64,000 bases of DNA, from positions 2,240,001-2,304,000 of the forward strand of contig CAWAIF010000003.1 of the NCBI GenBank assembly GCA_963782055.1, read 5' to 3'. The position numbers and the translations under genes are program-made. The DNA is from an uncultured delta proteobacterium. GTDB taxonomy: Bacteria > Myxococcota_A > Polyangia > Polyangiales > Polyangiaceae. The notes below the pieces were generated by a model. That model was given only the letters and a program-made list of their open reading frames with translations. It was not told where the DNA came from and made no database searches. Positions 28,589 to 38,305 of the stretch are shown here, piece after piece; the stretch's first letter is position 1, and every line of letters starts with the position of its first letter.

Positions 28589-31063
28589 GTGCTGCTGGCG
28601 ATCATGGCGACCCTGGCGTACGGTGGATGCACCGACCCGCCCGGCGCCGGGCAGCTCGTGCTCGACATCGACCGGCTGGCGCTTCGCCCGGGCGTGACGC
28701 AGATCTCCTTCACGGCGAGCAAGCTGCTCCTCCTTTACGGGCAGCCTCCGGCTCCCCCGGCGCACAAGGACGTCGACTGCGCCTCCGGCCAGTCCGTCAC
28801 CTTCGATCCCGCCGCCGTCACGGTGGACCTGACGCGGACCGGGCGGAGCTACGTCGCCACCGTCAACGCGCCGCAGGGAAACCTGCGCGAGGTCTGGCTC
28901 GTCGTCTCCGATGGCACCGTCACCGAGAATGGCCTCGTGAGGCCGCTCCACACCAGCCTCAACTGCGCGTCGGGCGAGAGCGGGGTCATCCGGCTCACCT
29001 CCGTGGACCCGAACGGTGTCCAGATCCACGGCGGCGACGCCACCGAGATCGCCGCGCAGCTCGACCCGAACACCGACATCGACCACAAGGATCCCGACAA
29101 CGGGGGCGGCAACGGAAACGGCAAGGGCGGCAATCCGGACGCCAACGGCGATCTGCACGGCGGGAAGTGGTCGATCGCCGCGTCGCTGCCCTTCGTGCTG
29201 GTGACGATGCCGGAAGGCATCGTCGACGGGCAGATCATCGTTCGCTTCAAGGACGGTACGAGCGCGGGCGACATCCAGACCGCCATCGCGGCGCAGTCCA
29301 TGACGGTGCTGCGGGCGTGGGCGCCCACGAACTACTACGTGCTTCAGGCGCCGAACGGCGCGGACGAGCGGCCGATCCTGCAGTACTACGCCGGCCTGGG
29401 GAGCGTGCAGTACACCTCGCCCAACACGTACGTGGGCACCGCGGGGAACGGGGACTTCGACCCGGCGTTCTCCGGTCAGTCGCAGTGGCCGCAGGTCGGC
29501 TTGAACGAGCTCTGCGTCAACGGCACCAGCCCGAACTGCAAGGGCGTCGTCGATCCGGCTTCCGGCTGGGCTGTCACCACCGGCTCCGACAGGAGCGTCG
29601 TCGCCGTCGTCGACGATGGCTTCGATCTCACCAACCCCGACGTCTACCCCAACCTCTTCATCAATACCGACGAGGTGCCGCAGGAGATCGTCGACCGGGT
29701 CGGCGACGTGAACCACGACAACGTCGTCGACTGGCACGACCTGGACGCCGACGCCGACGGCGTTCTGACGTTCGCCGACCTGGATGCCACGAACGAGTTC
29801 TGCGCAGGCACGCACGTCGTCAACGGCAAGTTCGTCGCGAACTGCAACGTGCTGGGCCCCAACCTGGTGTGCTCGACGACGCCGTGCACCCCTCTCGCGC
29901 TGGTGACCGGCGCGGGAAGACCCGACCCGAACCGCAACACCTGCGGCGGCTCCCCGCAGAAGCTCAACGGCAGCTGGGAGGACGGCGTCGACGGGCACGG
30001 AGGCGCGACGTGCAACGGCTTCGTCAACGACGTGGTCGGGTGGAATTTCAACTGCAGCGAGAACGGAAACCATATCGTTGTCGACGGAGTGTCAGGTTGC
30101 AATCTCGCCGCTCCCAGCTTCGTGTGCCTGGCGTCCCCGTGTCCCTCCCAGAACATCACGCACGGTACCACCGTGGCGTCCATCATTGGGGCCGCGGGCG
30201 CCAACGGCGTTGGGGGCGCGGGAGTCGACTGGACGGTGAGGCTACTGCCCGTGCAGCTCCTTCGGCCCGCTGCGAACGTGGGGCCTCAGGGAGCGGCGCG
30301 GGGCCTACGTGATTCCGTCTACGCAGCCGCGCTCTACGCCGGGGACGTCATGGGCGCGGATGTCGTCAACCTCAGTCTCCAGAGCTACGGTGCTCTGGAG
30401 GGAGGGTTCGGCGTCGGTTCGCTCCTCGGCCCCGCCGGATGCCCTGGCGCGCCTCCCCCGGTCATATTCCCGAAGGCCAAGCAGCAACTCTTTCAGGACT
30501 TTGCCGAGGAGATCGAGGGGGAGCTCTCGGACCTGCAGACGCTCTTGCAGGCCCGCGGCACGCTCGCGGTCGTGGCCGCAGGCAACTGCCAGGCCGACCT
30601 CGACGCCGGCTCCGTGGTGGTCGACTACCCGGGGTCGATGGTCGGTGACAACGTCCTCACCGTGGCGTCGGTCAATCCCTCCGACCATCTCTCCTCGTTC
30701 TCCAACTACGGAACGAGCACGATCGACCTCGCGGCGCCGGGCGAGTCGTTCGAGGTCTCCACCGTCGACGAGGCAGGGCAATACGCAGGGGTGACCTCGG
30801 ACGTCTCGGTCTGTGGCACGGGAGGCCAGGCGTGCCGCGGGACGTCCTTCTCGGCGCCGATGGTCGCGGGCGCCGCGGCGCTCGTGCTGACCGCAGCCAA
30901 CGGGTCGCTCGACGGCGAGGCCTGTCGGATCGCGGACCGGATCCTGCGAAACGCGGACACGCCGGCCACCGGTCTCGCGAGCGGCGTGCATGGCGGTCGA
31001 CGCCTGAATGTGAAGAATGCGCTCCTCGACAGCGTGGCGGATCCCGTCCGGTCGTGTCCATGA
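28589..31063 (+). CDS. Secreted S8 subtilisin-like serine protease
   Basis: VAVVDDG, HGTTVAS, AAGN and GTSFSAP catalytic motifs. Start ambiguous (see findings). Confidence 0.9.
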   Translation: MLLAIMATLAYGGCTDPPGAGQLVLDIDRLALRPGVTQISFTASKLLLLYGQPPAPPAHKDVDCASGQSVTFDPAAVTVDLTRTGRSYVATVNAPQGNLREVWLVVSDGTVTENGLVRPLHTSLNCASGESGVIRLTSVDPNGVQIHGGDATEIAAQLDPNTDIDHKDPDNGGGNGNGKGGNPDANGDLHGGKWSIAASLPFVLVTMPEGIVDGQIIVRFKDGTSAGDIQTAIAAQSMTVLRAWAPTNYYVLQAPNGADERPILQYYAGLGSVQYTSPNTYVGTAGNGDFDPAFSGQSQWPQVGLNELCVNGTSPNCKGVVDPASGWAVTTGSDRSVVAVVDDGFDLTNPDVYPNLFINTDEVPQEIVDRVGDVNHDNVVDWHDLDADADGVLTFADLDATNEFCAGTHVVNGKFVANCNVLGPNLVCSTTPCTPLALVTGAGRPDPNRNTCGGSPQKLNGSWEDGVDGHGGATCNGFVNDVVGWNFNCSENGNHIVVDGVSGCNLAAPSFVCLASPCPSQNITHGTTVASIIGAAGANGVGGAGVDWTVRLLPVQLLRPAANVGPQGAARGLRDSVYAAALYAGDVMGADVVNLSLQSYGALEGGFGVGSLLGPAGCPGAPPPVIFPKAKQQLFQDFAEEIEGELSDLQTLLQARGTLAVVAAGNCQADLDAGSVVVDYPGSMVGDNVLTVASVNPSDHLSSFSNYGTSTIDLAAPGESFEVSTVDEAGQYAGVTSDVSVCGTGGQACRGTSFSAPMVAGAAALVLTAANGSLDGEACRIADRILRNADTPATGLASGVHGGRRLNVKNALLDSVADPVRSCP

Positions 31064-31683
31064 AGCGCGCTCGTCTGGTCGCAGCGCTCGCCGGTTCGTG
31101 TCTCACATTGCTGCTCGCGTGCGAAGCCGGACCCCATCTCACCTTCGATCTGGCGCTGGTCAACTGCTACGACCCGGCGTGGAGGTCTGCGGCCAACACG
31201 CCACAGAAGATCGACGCGGCCCTGACGATCGGGAATCTCGGGACGTCTTCCGTCGACTATCAGCTCCCCTACTACACTACCTTCGGGTTCGAGGTGACCA
31301 ACGAGGCGGGAGAGGTCGTGAACGAGCAGTCCGCATCCGACGCCGCCCCGGGGCTCGCGTGCATGGGGCCACCGTGCACAGCGCAGAACCTCACGATACC
31401 CGGCGAGTCGTCCGCGGGCGTCGAGATCCTGGATCTGCCATGGTACTTCAATGCCCCCGTCGACCCGAAGGACCTCGGGAACGCGGACGCGCCGACCCAG
31501 TTCGTGCCGCCCGGCGTGTACCACGTCTCCGTGCTGCTCCTGAACGGCGACCGGACGAACGCCGCGACGGTCACCGTGTGCCCGTTCAGCGACGGGAAGG
31601 AGGGCCGCTACGGCGTGTGCAACGCGCCGTGCGCCTCCTACGCGAAGGTCTGCGGGGCCTCGCTCACCTGCGGGGCGTACTGA
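31060..31683 (+). CDS. Lipoprotein coupled to the S8 protease
   Basis: ATGA overlap; MKRARLVAALAGSCLTLLLAC. Confidence 0.8.
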   Translation: MKRARLVAALAGSCLTLLLACEAGPHLTFDLALVNCYDPAWRSAANTPQKIDAALTIGNLGTSSVDYQLPYYTTFGFEVTNEAGEVVNEQSASDAAPGLACMGPPCTAQNLTIPGESSAGVEILDLPWYFNAPVDPKDLGNADAPTQFVPPGVYHVSVLLLNGDRTNAATVTVCPFSDGKEGRYGVCNAPCASYAKVCGASLTCGAY

Positions 31684-32325
31684 GAAGCCGCCGAGGAGCG
31701 GCCCGACGACGAGGACGTGCAGCCGATGCTCGCCAGCGTGCGCGGCCACCCGCCCGCCGGCCCCGCGCTCCGCCGCGGCGCGACCTTCGGCGCGGGCTCC
31801 GGCCGCACCGACCTCTGCGCCCAGGACGAGGGCTTCAACCTGCACGCCGCCACCCGCGCCGGCGCCCTCGACGCCGCCGGGCGCGAGGCGCTCCTGCGCT
31901 ACATCCTGCGCCCGCCCGTCGCCCAGGAGCGCATCGCCCGAGGACCGGACAACCTGGTGCGCATCGCGCTCAAGAAGCCTTTCTCCGACGGCAGCCCCGT
32001 CGCAGCTGTCCGCCTTCGGCGGCCAGGCGACAGGGGACCCGTCGCTGTCGACATGGACCCGCTCTCGCACCTCTTGCGCCTCTGCGCCGCCGTCCCCGCG
32101 CCGCGCTTCCATACCGTCCGCTACGCCGACGTGCTCGCCTCCGCCAGCAAGCTCCGTCCCAAGATCGTCCGCCGTCCACCCGACCCGGCGACGGCCACGG
32201 AGCAGGACGACGACAAGCCGAAGCGCTCGCGCTACTGGCCGTGGGCGGAGCTCATGGCACGCACCTTCGCGCTGGACGTCACCGCGCACACGCTCGCGAG
32301 GCTCCCGGCTCGCGAGCGAGCTTGA
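31684..32325 (+). pseudogene. IS91-family (Y2, rolling-circle) transposase internal fragment
   Basis: GFNLHA, E.LLRYILRPP.AQER, K.FSDG, P.PRFH.VRY.. and W..LM.RTFALDV motifs; no N-terminus. Confidence 0.88.
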
Positions 32326-32360
32326 TGCGGAGCCACGCTGCCGCGCAGCGGCTTCGTCCA

Positions 32361-34252
32361 GTGCGCCCAGCATGGGCATCAACCCGGAGGTGAAAGTCCT
32401 TCCTGAAATTGGTCACAATGACAGAAGCGAACCACAAGGGCGGAACCGTGAGGGACCGTCTGGAGGAAGTGGGGAGCGAAGCCGCGGGCCGACGTACAGA
32501 AATCGGATCGGAGGCGTGGCCGAGCAGGGCGAGCGGACTGGAACCCGCGAAGCTCTCGTGACCGAAGCTCGGCGGCGTATATCCGGCGGTCGTGCGGTGA
32601 AGGTTGATGCTCTTACCTGGGGAGATCTCGCCTCGCGCCTGAAAGGGCGACGGCCGGCGACAACGTCGGACGGAGCGAGAAGTCAGCAGAGGCCGTAGTA
32701 GCGGCGAAGGAGCCGGGCAGGGATCCCCCCGAACCCCGGAAGTCTCTATCGCTGCGAAGGGCCAAACGGAGAGGAGGGCGAAACGCCCATGGATCTCGAG
32801 AACGCGCAGCCACAGAAGTCCAAGAGCGAGACGCCGACCGCCGCGGATGGTGAAGCCCCGAGCGACGACCGACGCGTGGAAGCGGATTCGGCGACCCATG
32901 GAACCGAGCGCTCAGGAACGAGCGGGCTGATGGAGGCGGCGCTCACGCGCAAGAACCTTCAGGCCGCGCTGAAGCGAGTGAAGCGGAACAAGGGCAGTCC
33001 CGGCATCGACGGGATGACGGTGGAGGAGCTACCGGACCACCTTCGCGTGCACTGGCCGTCCCTCCGCGAGCAGCTGCTCGCGGGGACGTACCAGCCGCAG
33101 CCGGTGCGACGGCACGTGATTCCGAAGAGCGGCGGCGGCGAGCGACAGCTCGGCATCCCGACGGTGCTCGACCGACTCATCCAGCAGGCCCTCTTGCAGG
33201 TCCTGCAGCCTCGATTCGATCCGACCTTCTCGGAGCACAGCCACGGCTTCCGGCCGCGGCGCAGCGCGCACGACGCCGTGCGCGAGGCGAAGCGGTATGT
33301 GCAGCAAGGAAGACGATGGGTGGTCGACGTGGATCTCGAAGCTTTCTTCGACCGCGTCAACCACGACGTGCTCATGGGGAGACTGGCCAAACGAATCGAG
33401 GATCGGCGCGTGCTGGGACTCATCCGTCGCTACCTGAACGCCGGCATCATGGCGAACGGCGTCGTGATGGATCGCGACGAGGGAACGCCCCAGGGCGGTC
33501 CTCTCTCTCGCCAATGCTTGCGAACGTGCTCCTCGACGAAGTCGACAAGGAGCTGGAGAAGCGCGGACACGCCTTCGTGCGCTACGCCGATGACAGCAAC
33601 GTTTACGTGCGGTCACGGCGAGCGGGCGAGCGGGTCATGCAGGCGCTGCGGCGTCTCTACGCGAAGCTCCATCTCCAGATCAACGAGTCGAAGAGCGCGG
33701 TGGCACCCGTGCAAGACCGGAAGTTCCTCGGCTACACCTTTTGGTTGTCGTCGAAGAACGAGGTCCGCTGCACGATCGCGCGCAAGGCCCTCGACACGAT
33801 GAAGGACCGCGTGCGGCACATGACGAGCCGCATGCGCGGTCGGAGCCTGGCCCAGGTCTGCCGAGATCTGCGAGGGTACTTGCCAGGCTGGAAGAACTAC
33901 TTCCAGCTTGTCGAGCTCCGCACGCTCTTTCGCGAGCTGGACTCTTGGATCCGGCACCGACTCCGCGCACTGCAGTTGAAGCAGTGGGTGCGAGGAGTCA
34001 CCGTCTTCCGAGAACTGCGCCGACGGGGGATCCCTCCCGTCGACGCTCGCCGCGCGGCAGCAAATACGACGCGCTGGTGGCGAACCTCGGGAATGCGCGT
34101 CCTCAGCGTGGCTCTGCCGAACAAGCTCTTCGACGAGCTGGGGCTTCCCCGGCTCGACACGTGACCTCAACTCTCCGAACCGCCGGATGCGGACCCGCCT
34201 GTCCGGTGGTGTGGCAGGGGTCCCCGGGGAAACCCGGGGCCCCTATGCCGAT
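32361..34252 (+). mobile_element. Group II intron, class C (IIC)
   Basis: 5' GTGCGCCCAGCATGGGC; D5 GAACCGCCGGATGCGGACCCGCCTGTCCGGTGGTGT; D6 ending CCCTATGCCGAT; inserted just after stem-loops at 32291-32355. Confidence 0.93.
32789..34164 (+). pseudogene. ltrA: Group II intron RT/maturase, frameshifted near 33505
   Basis: NKGSPGIDG, LGIPTVLDR and GTPQGGPLS in one frame; PMLAN...RYADD and the maturase X domain in another; one extra CT in CCTCTCTCTCG. No endonuclease domain. Confidence 0.92.
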
Positions 34253-34377
34253 ACCGTCGATTTCGCGACCGCGCACCCGCGCCACGCGACCGCCGCCGCG
34301 ACCCGGCGCGCTCACGCAATCGACTCTTACTTTATGCGAAGTGGGGCCGTCCGGTGTCACTGGAAGGACGGACCAGG

Positions 34378-35187
34378 GTGGTGATCCTGCCGGTCGACCA
34401 GGGCTTCGAGCACGGGCCCGCGCGCTCCTTCCAGCCCAACCCGGACGGCTACGATCCGGACTACCACCCGCAGCTCGCCGTCGACGCGGGCTGCAACGCG
34501 TACGCTGCGCCCCTCGGCTTCCTCGAGGCGGTGGCCGACCGGTACGCCGGCCAGCTCCCCCTCATCCTGAAGCTCAACAACTCCGACACCCTCGCCAAGG
34601 TCCCGCAGCCGTGCAGCGCGGTGACCGGCTCGGTGGAGGACGCCCTGCGCCTCGGCTGCGCGGCCATCGGCTACACGATCTATCCCGGCTCGGGCGATCG
34701 CAACATCATGTACGAGCACCTGCGCGAGCTCATCCTGGAGGCGAAGGCCCACGGCCTGCCGACCATCGTGTGGGCGTACCCGCGCGGCGCCGGCCTCTCC
34801 AAGGAGGGCGAGACCGCGGTGGACGTGTGCGGCTACGCCGCGCAGATCTCCGCGCAGCTCGGCGCCCACGTCATCAAGATCAAGCAGCCGAAGGATCACA
34901 TCGAGCAACCGGAGGCGAAGAAGGTCTTCGAGAAGTACTCCATCCCGACCAAGACCCTGTCCGACCGCGTGCGCCACTGCGTGCAGAGCGCATTCAACGG
35001 CAAGCGCATCCTCATCTTCTCCGGCGGCGAGTCGCGCGGCACCGACGAGCTGCTCGCCGACATCAAGGAGATCGCCAAGGGCGGCGCCTTCGGCTCCATC
35101 ATGGGCCGCAACGCCTTCCAGCGGCCGCGGAAGGAGGCCTTGAAGCTCCTCGCCGACGTGATCGCGATCTACAAGGCCGCTTCCTGA
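34378..35187 (+). pseudogene. fbaB: Class I fructose-bisphosphate aldolase (DhnA/FbaB type), apparently 5'-truncated
   Basis: ILPVDQGFEHGPARSF, WAYPRG, AHVIKIK (Schiff-base Lys), FSGG and GRNAFQR; homology begins abruptly at VVILPVD. Confidence 0.8.
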
Positions 35188-35337
35188 CGGACGCCGCGCC
35201 GCCACAGGCGCCCACAACGTGGGCGTTCACCCCCTACTCCCCAGGGAGTATCGACAAGCTCGCTGCATGGAGATGCACTGGACCGATGCGGGGCCATGCG
35301 CAGCGAACGCTGGCGCGGTGCCCCGGGGAGGACCATC

Positions 35338-37167
35338 ATGAAGCGAACGAGGGCTCTGGCGGTGTACGCGTTGACGTTGACCGGCGTCGTGGGGGGGGGG
35401 GTAGCCTGTAATGTTCAGGCTGTGGGCAATCCCGCCGTGCGCGTCGGTTTCGATGACCTGATCTTCGGCACCAACGATGTCGTCGGCGGACCTGGCGGCC
35501 CCGTCACCACGCAGACCGACAGGCTCGACCGGGCGATGACGACCCCGTTCTTCCACTGGGACTTCCGGAGCTGGCAGCTCGTCGGCAACCGGCTGAGTGG
35601 GGACCTTTCAGACTTCGGCCTCCCCACCTACTCGCTCTCGCTCGAGCCCTACGTCCGGTACGGATTGACCACAGCCTTCTGGCGGACCCTCTCGGCCGCC
35701 ACGATCGTGCCCGGCCAGACCGGCACCACGGATCTGTGGAACCAGCACGAGGTCCTTCTGTTCGCCCGCGATCCGGTCGAGATGAGCACCTACTTCCGGA
35801 ACTTCATGGCCGATCTCCTGAGGGCCCACAATCCGCAGAACGACGACCAGACCCAGCAGGATCTCGACACCTACTTCAACTCCGCGTGGCGCGATCTCTA
35901 TGCCGGGGCGCAGGTCCCGGCCGCTGCGACCCTCTGGTATCCTCCGCAGAAGGGGACGACCCCCGGGGCCCTGATCACCGCCAACATCACGAGCTCCAGC
36001 TTCTGGGGCGCGGACACGCCGGCGGGGCCGGGCGCCGACCCCAATCCCGATCTCTCCGGCTCGGTCAAGGCAGCGAAGGTCATCAACCACGGCATCTGTA
36101 GCCTGCTCGTGCCCTACGTGTCCGCGGCCCAGGACGGCTCCGGGCTGATGGAAAAGCTCGCGACCGACGGGCCGCTCGCGGTGGCGAAGCTGGTCTTCAG
36201 TCGCTACGGCGACTCCGCCGACGTGGAGAAGCGGTGGCTCAACGCCGCCCCCTTCCTCGACTTCACGGAAGAACAGGAGGACGCGCAGCTCGGCGGATTC
36301 TTCCTGAACTTCAACGTCCAGTTGAACGTGCCGGTCCTGGGTATCACCGTGGGTGGACCGAACCTCTACTACCACAACGCGCTGCGGTGGCGCCTGTACG
36401 ACGGTCGCCTCGCGGCGGACGGCGAGGTGCTGGACAAGTTCGGACGGGGGAGCGGCGCGTCCGACGCGATGGTGACGTTCGACGACGTCCTCACGCGCCA
36501 GCTCGACCACACGCCGCGCACCGGGGACGACCCAGCCTCGCTCGCCGAGGCGATCTTCCAGGAGGCGAACGCCCAGCAGGTCTACGAGGGAGACACTGGT
36601 ACGGTAACCTGCACGCAGATCGTGCCCGGCCAGGATTCGCTCGGCTACGATCCGGCCGAACCTTGTTACGACTTCATCAAGCAGATGAAGAGCGACGTGC
36701 ACGAGGCGCTGACCTACCTGTCGGCCCCGCTCGGCCTCACGCCGGAGCAGCAGCAGCAGGTCGAAGACTCGCTCGTGGCGACGGACTTCCCCGGTGGTTC
36801 ATTGAAGAACTTCCGCTGCGCGAAGTTCCCCGAGGACGCCGAAGGTCGTTGTCAGTTCGTCACCCGCGCGAAGCGCATCAACGTCCTTCCTGACGGGGTC
36901 GAGGCGGTCTTCGTCGACGACCTTCACGAGCTGTCCAATCCGGTCTACCCGCTCTGGCTTCATCTGCTGTTCGACGCCATCAAGGGCACGCCGCGCGCAT
37001 ACCAGAAGCTCTGCGGGGCTCCGGTCGCCCAGGTGCCCGGTTCCCTCGCCAATCGGACATTTCGAAGCGTCGGCACGGACTATGTGCACTACCGCTGCGA
37101 TTCGCCGACCAAGCAGCCCGACGGTCATTATACCTGCGGCAGCATCACGCAGGAGACGACGCCATGA
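35338..37167 (+). CDS. Hypothetical secreted/lipoprotein with a G11 tract in the signal peptide
   Basis: GGGGAGG RBS; MKRTRALAVYALTLTGVVGGGVAC; long ORF with typical GC3 bias. Confidence 0.8.
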   Translation: MKRTRALAVYALTLTGVVGGGVACNVQAVGNPAVRVGFDDLIFGTNDVVGGPGGPVTTQTDRLDRAMTTPFFHWDFRSWQLVGNRLSGDLSDFGLPTYSLSLEPYVRYGLTTAFWRTLSAATIVPGQTGTTDLWNQHEVLLFARDPVEMSTYFRNFMADLLRAHNPQNDDQTQQDLDTYFNSAWRDLYAGAQVPAAATLWYPPQKGTTPGALITANITSSSFWGADTPAGPGADPNPDLSGSVKAAKVINHGICSLLVPYVSAAQDGSGLMEKLATDGPLAVAKLVFSRYGDSADVEKRWLNAAPFLDFTEEQEDAQLGGFFLNFNVQLNVPVLGITVGGPNLYYHNALRWRLYDGRLAADGEVLDKFGRGSGASDAMVTFDDVLTRQLDHTPRTGDDPASLAEAIFQEANAQQVYEGDTGTVTCTQIVPGQDSLGYDPAEPCYDFIKQMKSDVHEALTYLSAPLGLTPEQQQQVEDSLVATDFPGGSLKNFRCAKFPEDAEGRCQFVTRAKRINVLPDGVEAVFVDDLHELSNPVYPLWLHLLFDAIKGTPRAYQKLCGAPVAQVPGSLANRTFRSVGTDYVHYRCDSPTKQPDGHYTCGSITQETTP

Positions 37168-37985
37168 CGAGGCGACGAGCCATTCTCGGTCCGCTCCTCC
37201 TGCTGCTCGCGCTGGCCTCCGCGTGCGGCGGCATCGTGGAGGGCGGCGCGCAGGACGGCAGCGCAGAGGCCGGGGCGGGCTCCGATGCGGGCGACGAGCT
37301 CACTTCGGCCTGCCAGGCGCAGGGCGGGCTGATGCTCTGCGGCGGGCAGTGCGGGGCCACGTGTCCGGTCCAGCCCGACGGCAAGGGCTGCGCCAGCGAC
37401 CTCCAGAACCCGCAGCCCAGCAACCAGCTCGGGATCTGCGCAACCAAATCCAGTGAGCTCACGCTCGACTGCCAGGAGTGCAGCGACGGTCACGTGTGCG
37501 CGCTGGACTCCGAGCGCTGGCTCCAATCGACGCCGGAGGTGACATTCGGCTTCATGGGGTGTGGCCCCATCGGGTATGCGCAAATGTACGCGGCGAACGG
37601 CCGGTCCGACCTGGCTCGCTACGCCGATCGAAGCGCTTTCACCAGCGCGCCGCTGCCCGCACCCAGCACATGCCCGTCCGTGCCGGGTCTCACTCTGTGC
37701 GGTGGGGCGTGCGGCAGTTGCCCGACAGGTTACGTGTGCACGGGCCGGTCGCCGCTCCACCCCTACAGCCTCTGCGTGAACGAGTGGTCCATCGGCAACG
37801 GCGTGTGTCAACGCGCCAAGCCGGGCTGCATGGACGGCACGACAAAGTACCGCTGTCTCACCTTCAAGGTGGACGACCCGTCGCAGTCCGTCGCAGACCA
37901 GTACAGCATCTGCGTCGACCGCTCGATCTGCGAGGCTGCAGCGCAATCGTATCCCGGTGGCGCCTACTGCTCCGGTGGAGCCTGA
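37164..37985 (+). CDS. Cys-rich lipoprotein
   Basis: ATGA overlap; LALASAC lipobox; LCGGxCG repeats. Confidence 0.8.
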   Translation: MTRRRAILGPLLLLLALASACGGIVEGGAQDGSAEAGAGSDAGDELTSACQAQGGLMLCGGQCGATCPVQPDGKGCASDLQNPQPSNQLGICATKSSELTLDCQECSDGHVCALDSERWLQSTPEVTFGFMGCGPIGYAQMYAANGRSDLARYADRSAFTSAPLPAPSTCPSVPGLTLCGGACGSCPTGYVCTGRSPLHPYSLCVNEWSIGNGVCQRAKPGCMDGTTKYRCLTFKVDDPSQSVADQYSICVDRSICEAAAQSYPGGAYCSGGA

Positions 37986-38305
37986 CCCAGCCTGACCCTC
38001 ATCGTCTGTCCTCACCGGAATACCGCCACGTACCGCCACGAAGTCGTCGTCCTGTACGCTGACGAGCAGCTTCGCGTCCGAGCGAGGCGCGGCCGAGGAA
38101 CATCCAGTCCTTGGCCGTCCTTGGTGTTGTCTCCCACGCTCTTCCACCGCCAGCGCCCCACGCTCCGTCGTGACGCCACCGGGCTGCGCTCTCGGTCTGC
38201 GTGATCGCTTCCCGCGGTGGGAGCCGTGGGACAAGAGCGAGACGCCGGGGCACCGCGGTACGAGCGCGAGCCCCCCGACGTCGTCGGTGACCGGTGCGGG
38301 TGGCT

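Noticed and set aside
34326..34342. Complete chromosomal dif site
   Set aside because: Only a XerC-like arm is present; no TTATGTTAAAT-like XerD arm follows the 6-bp spacer.
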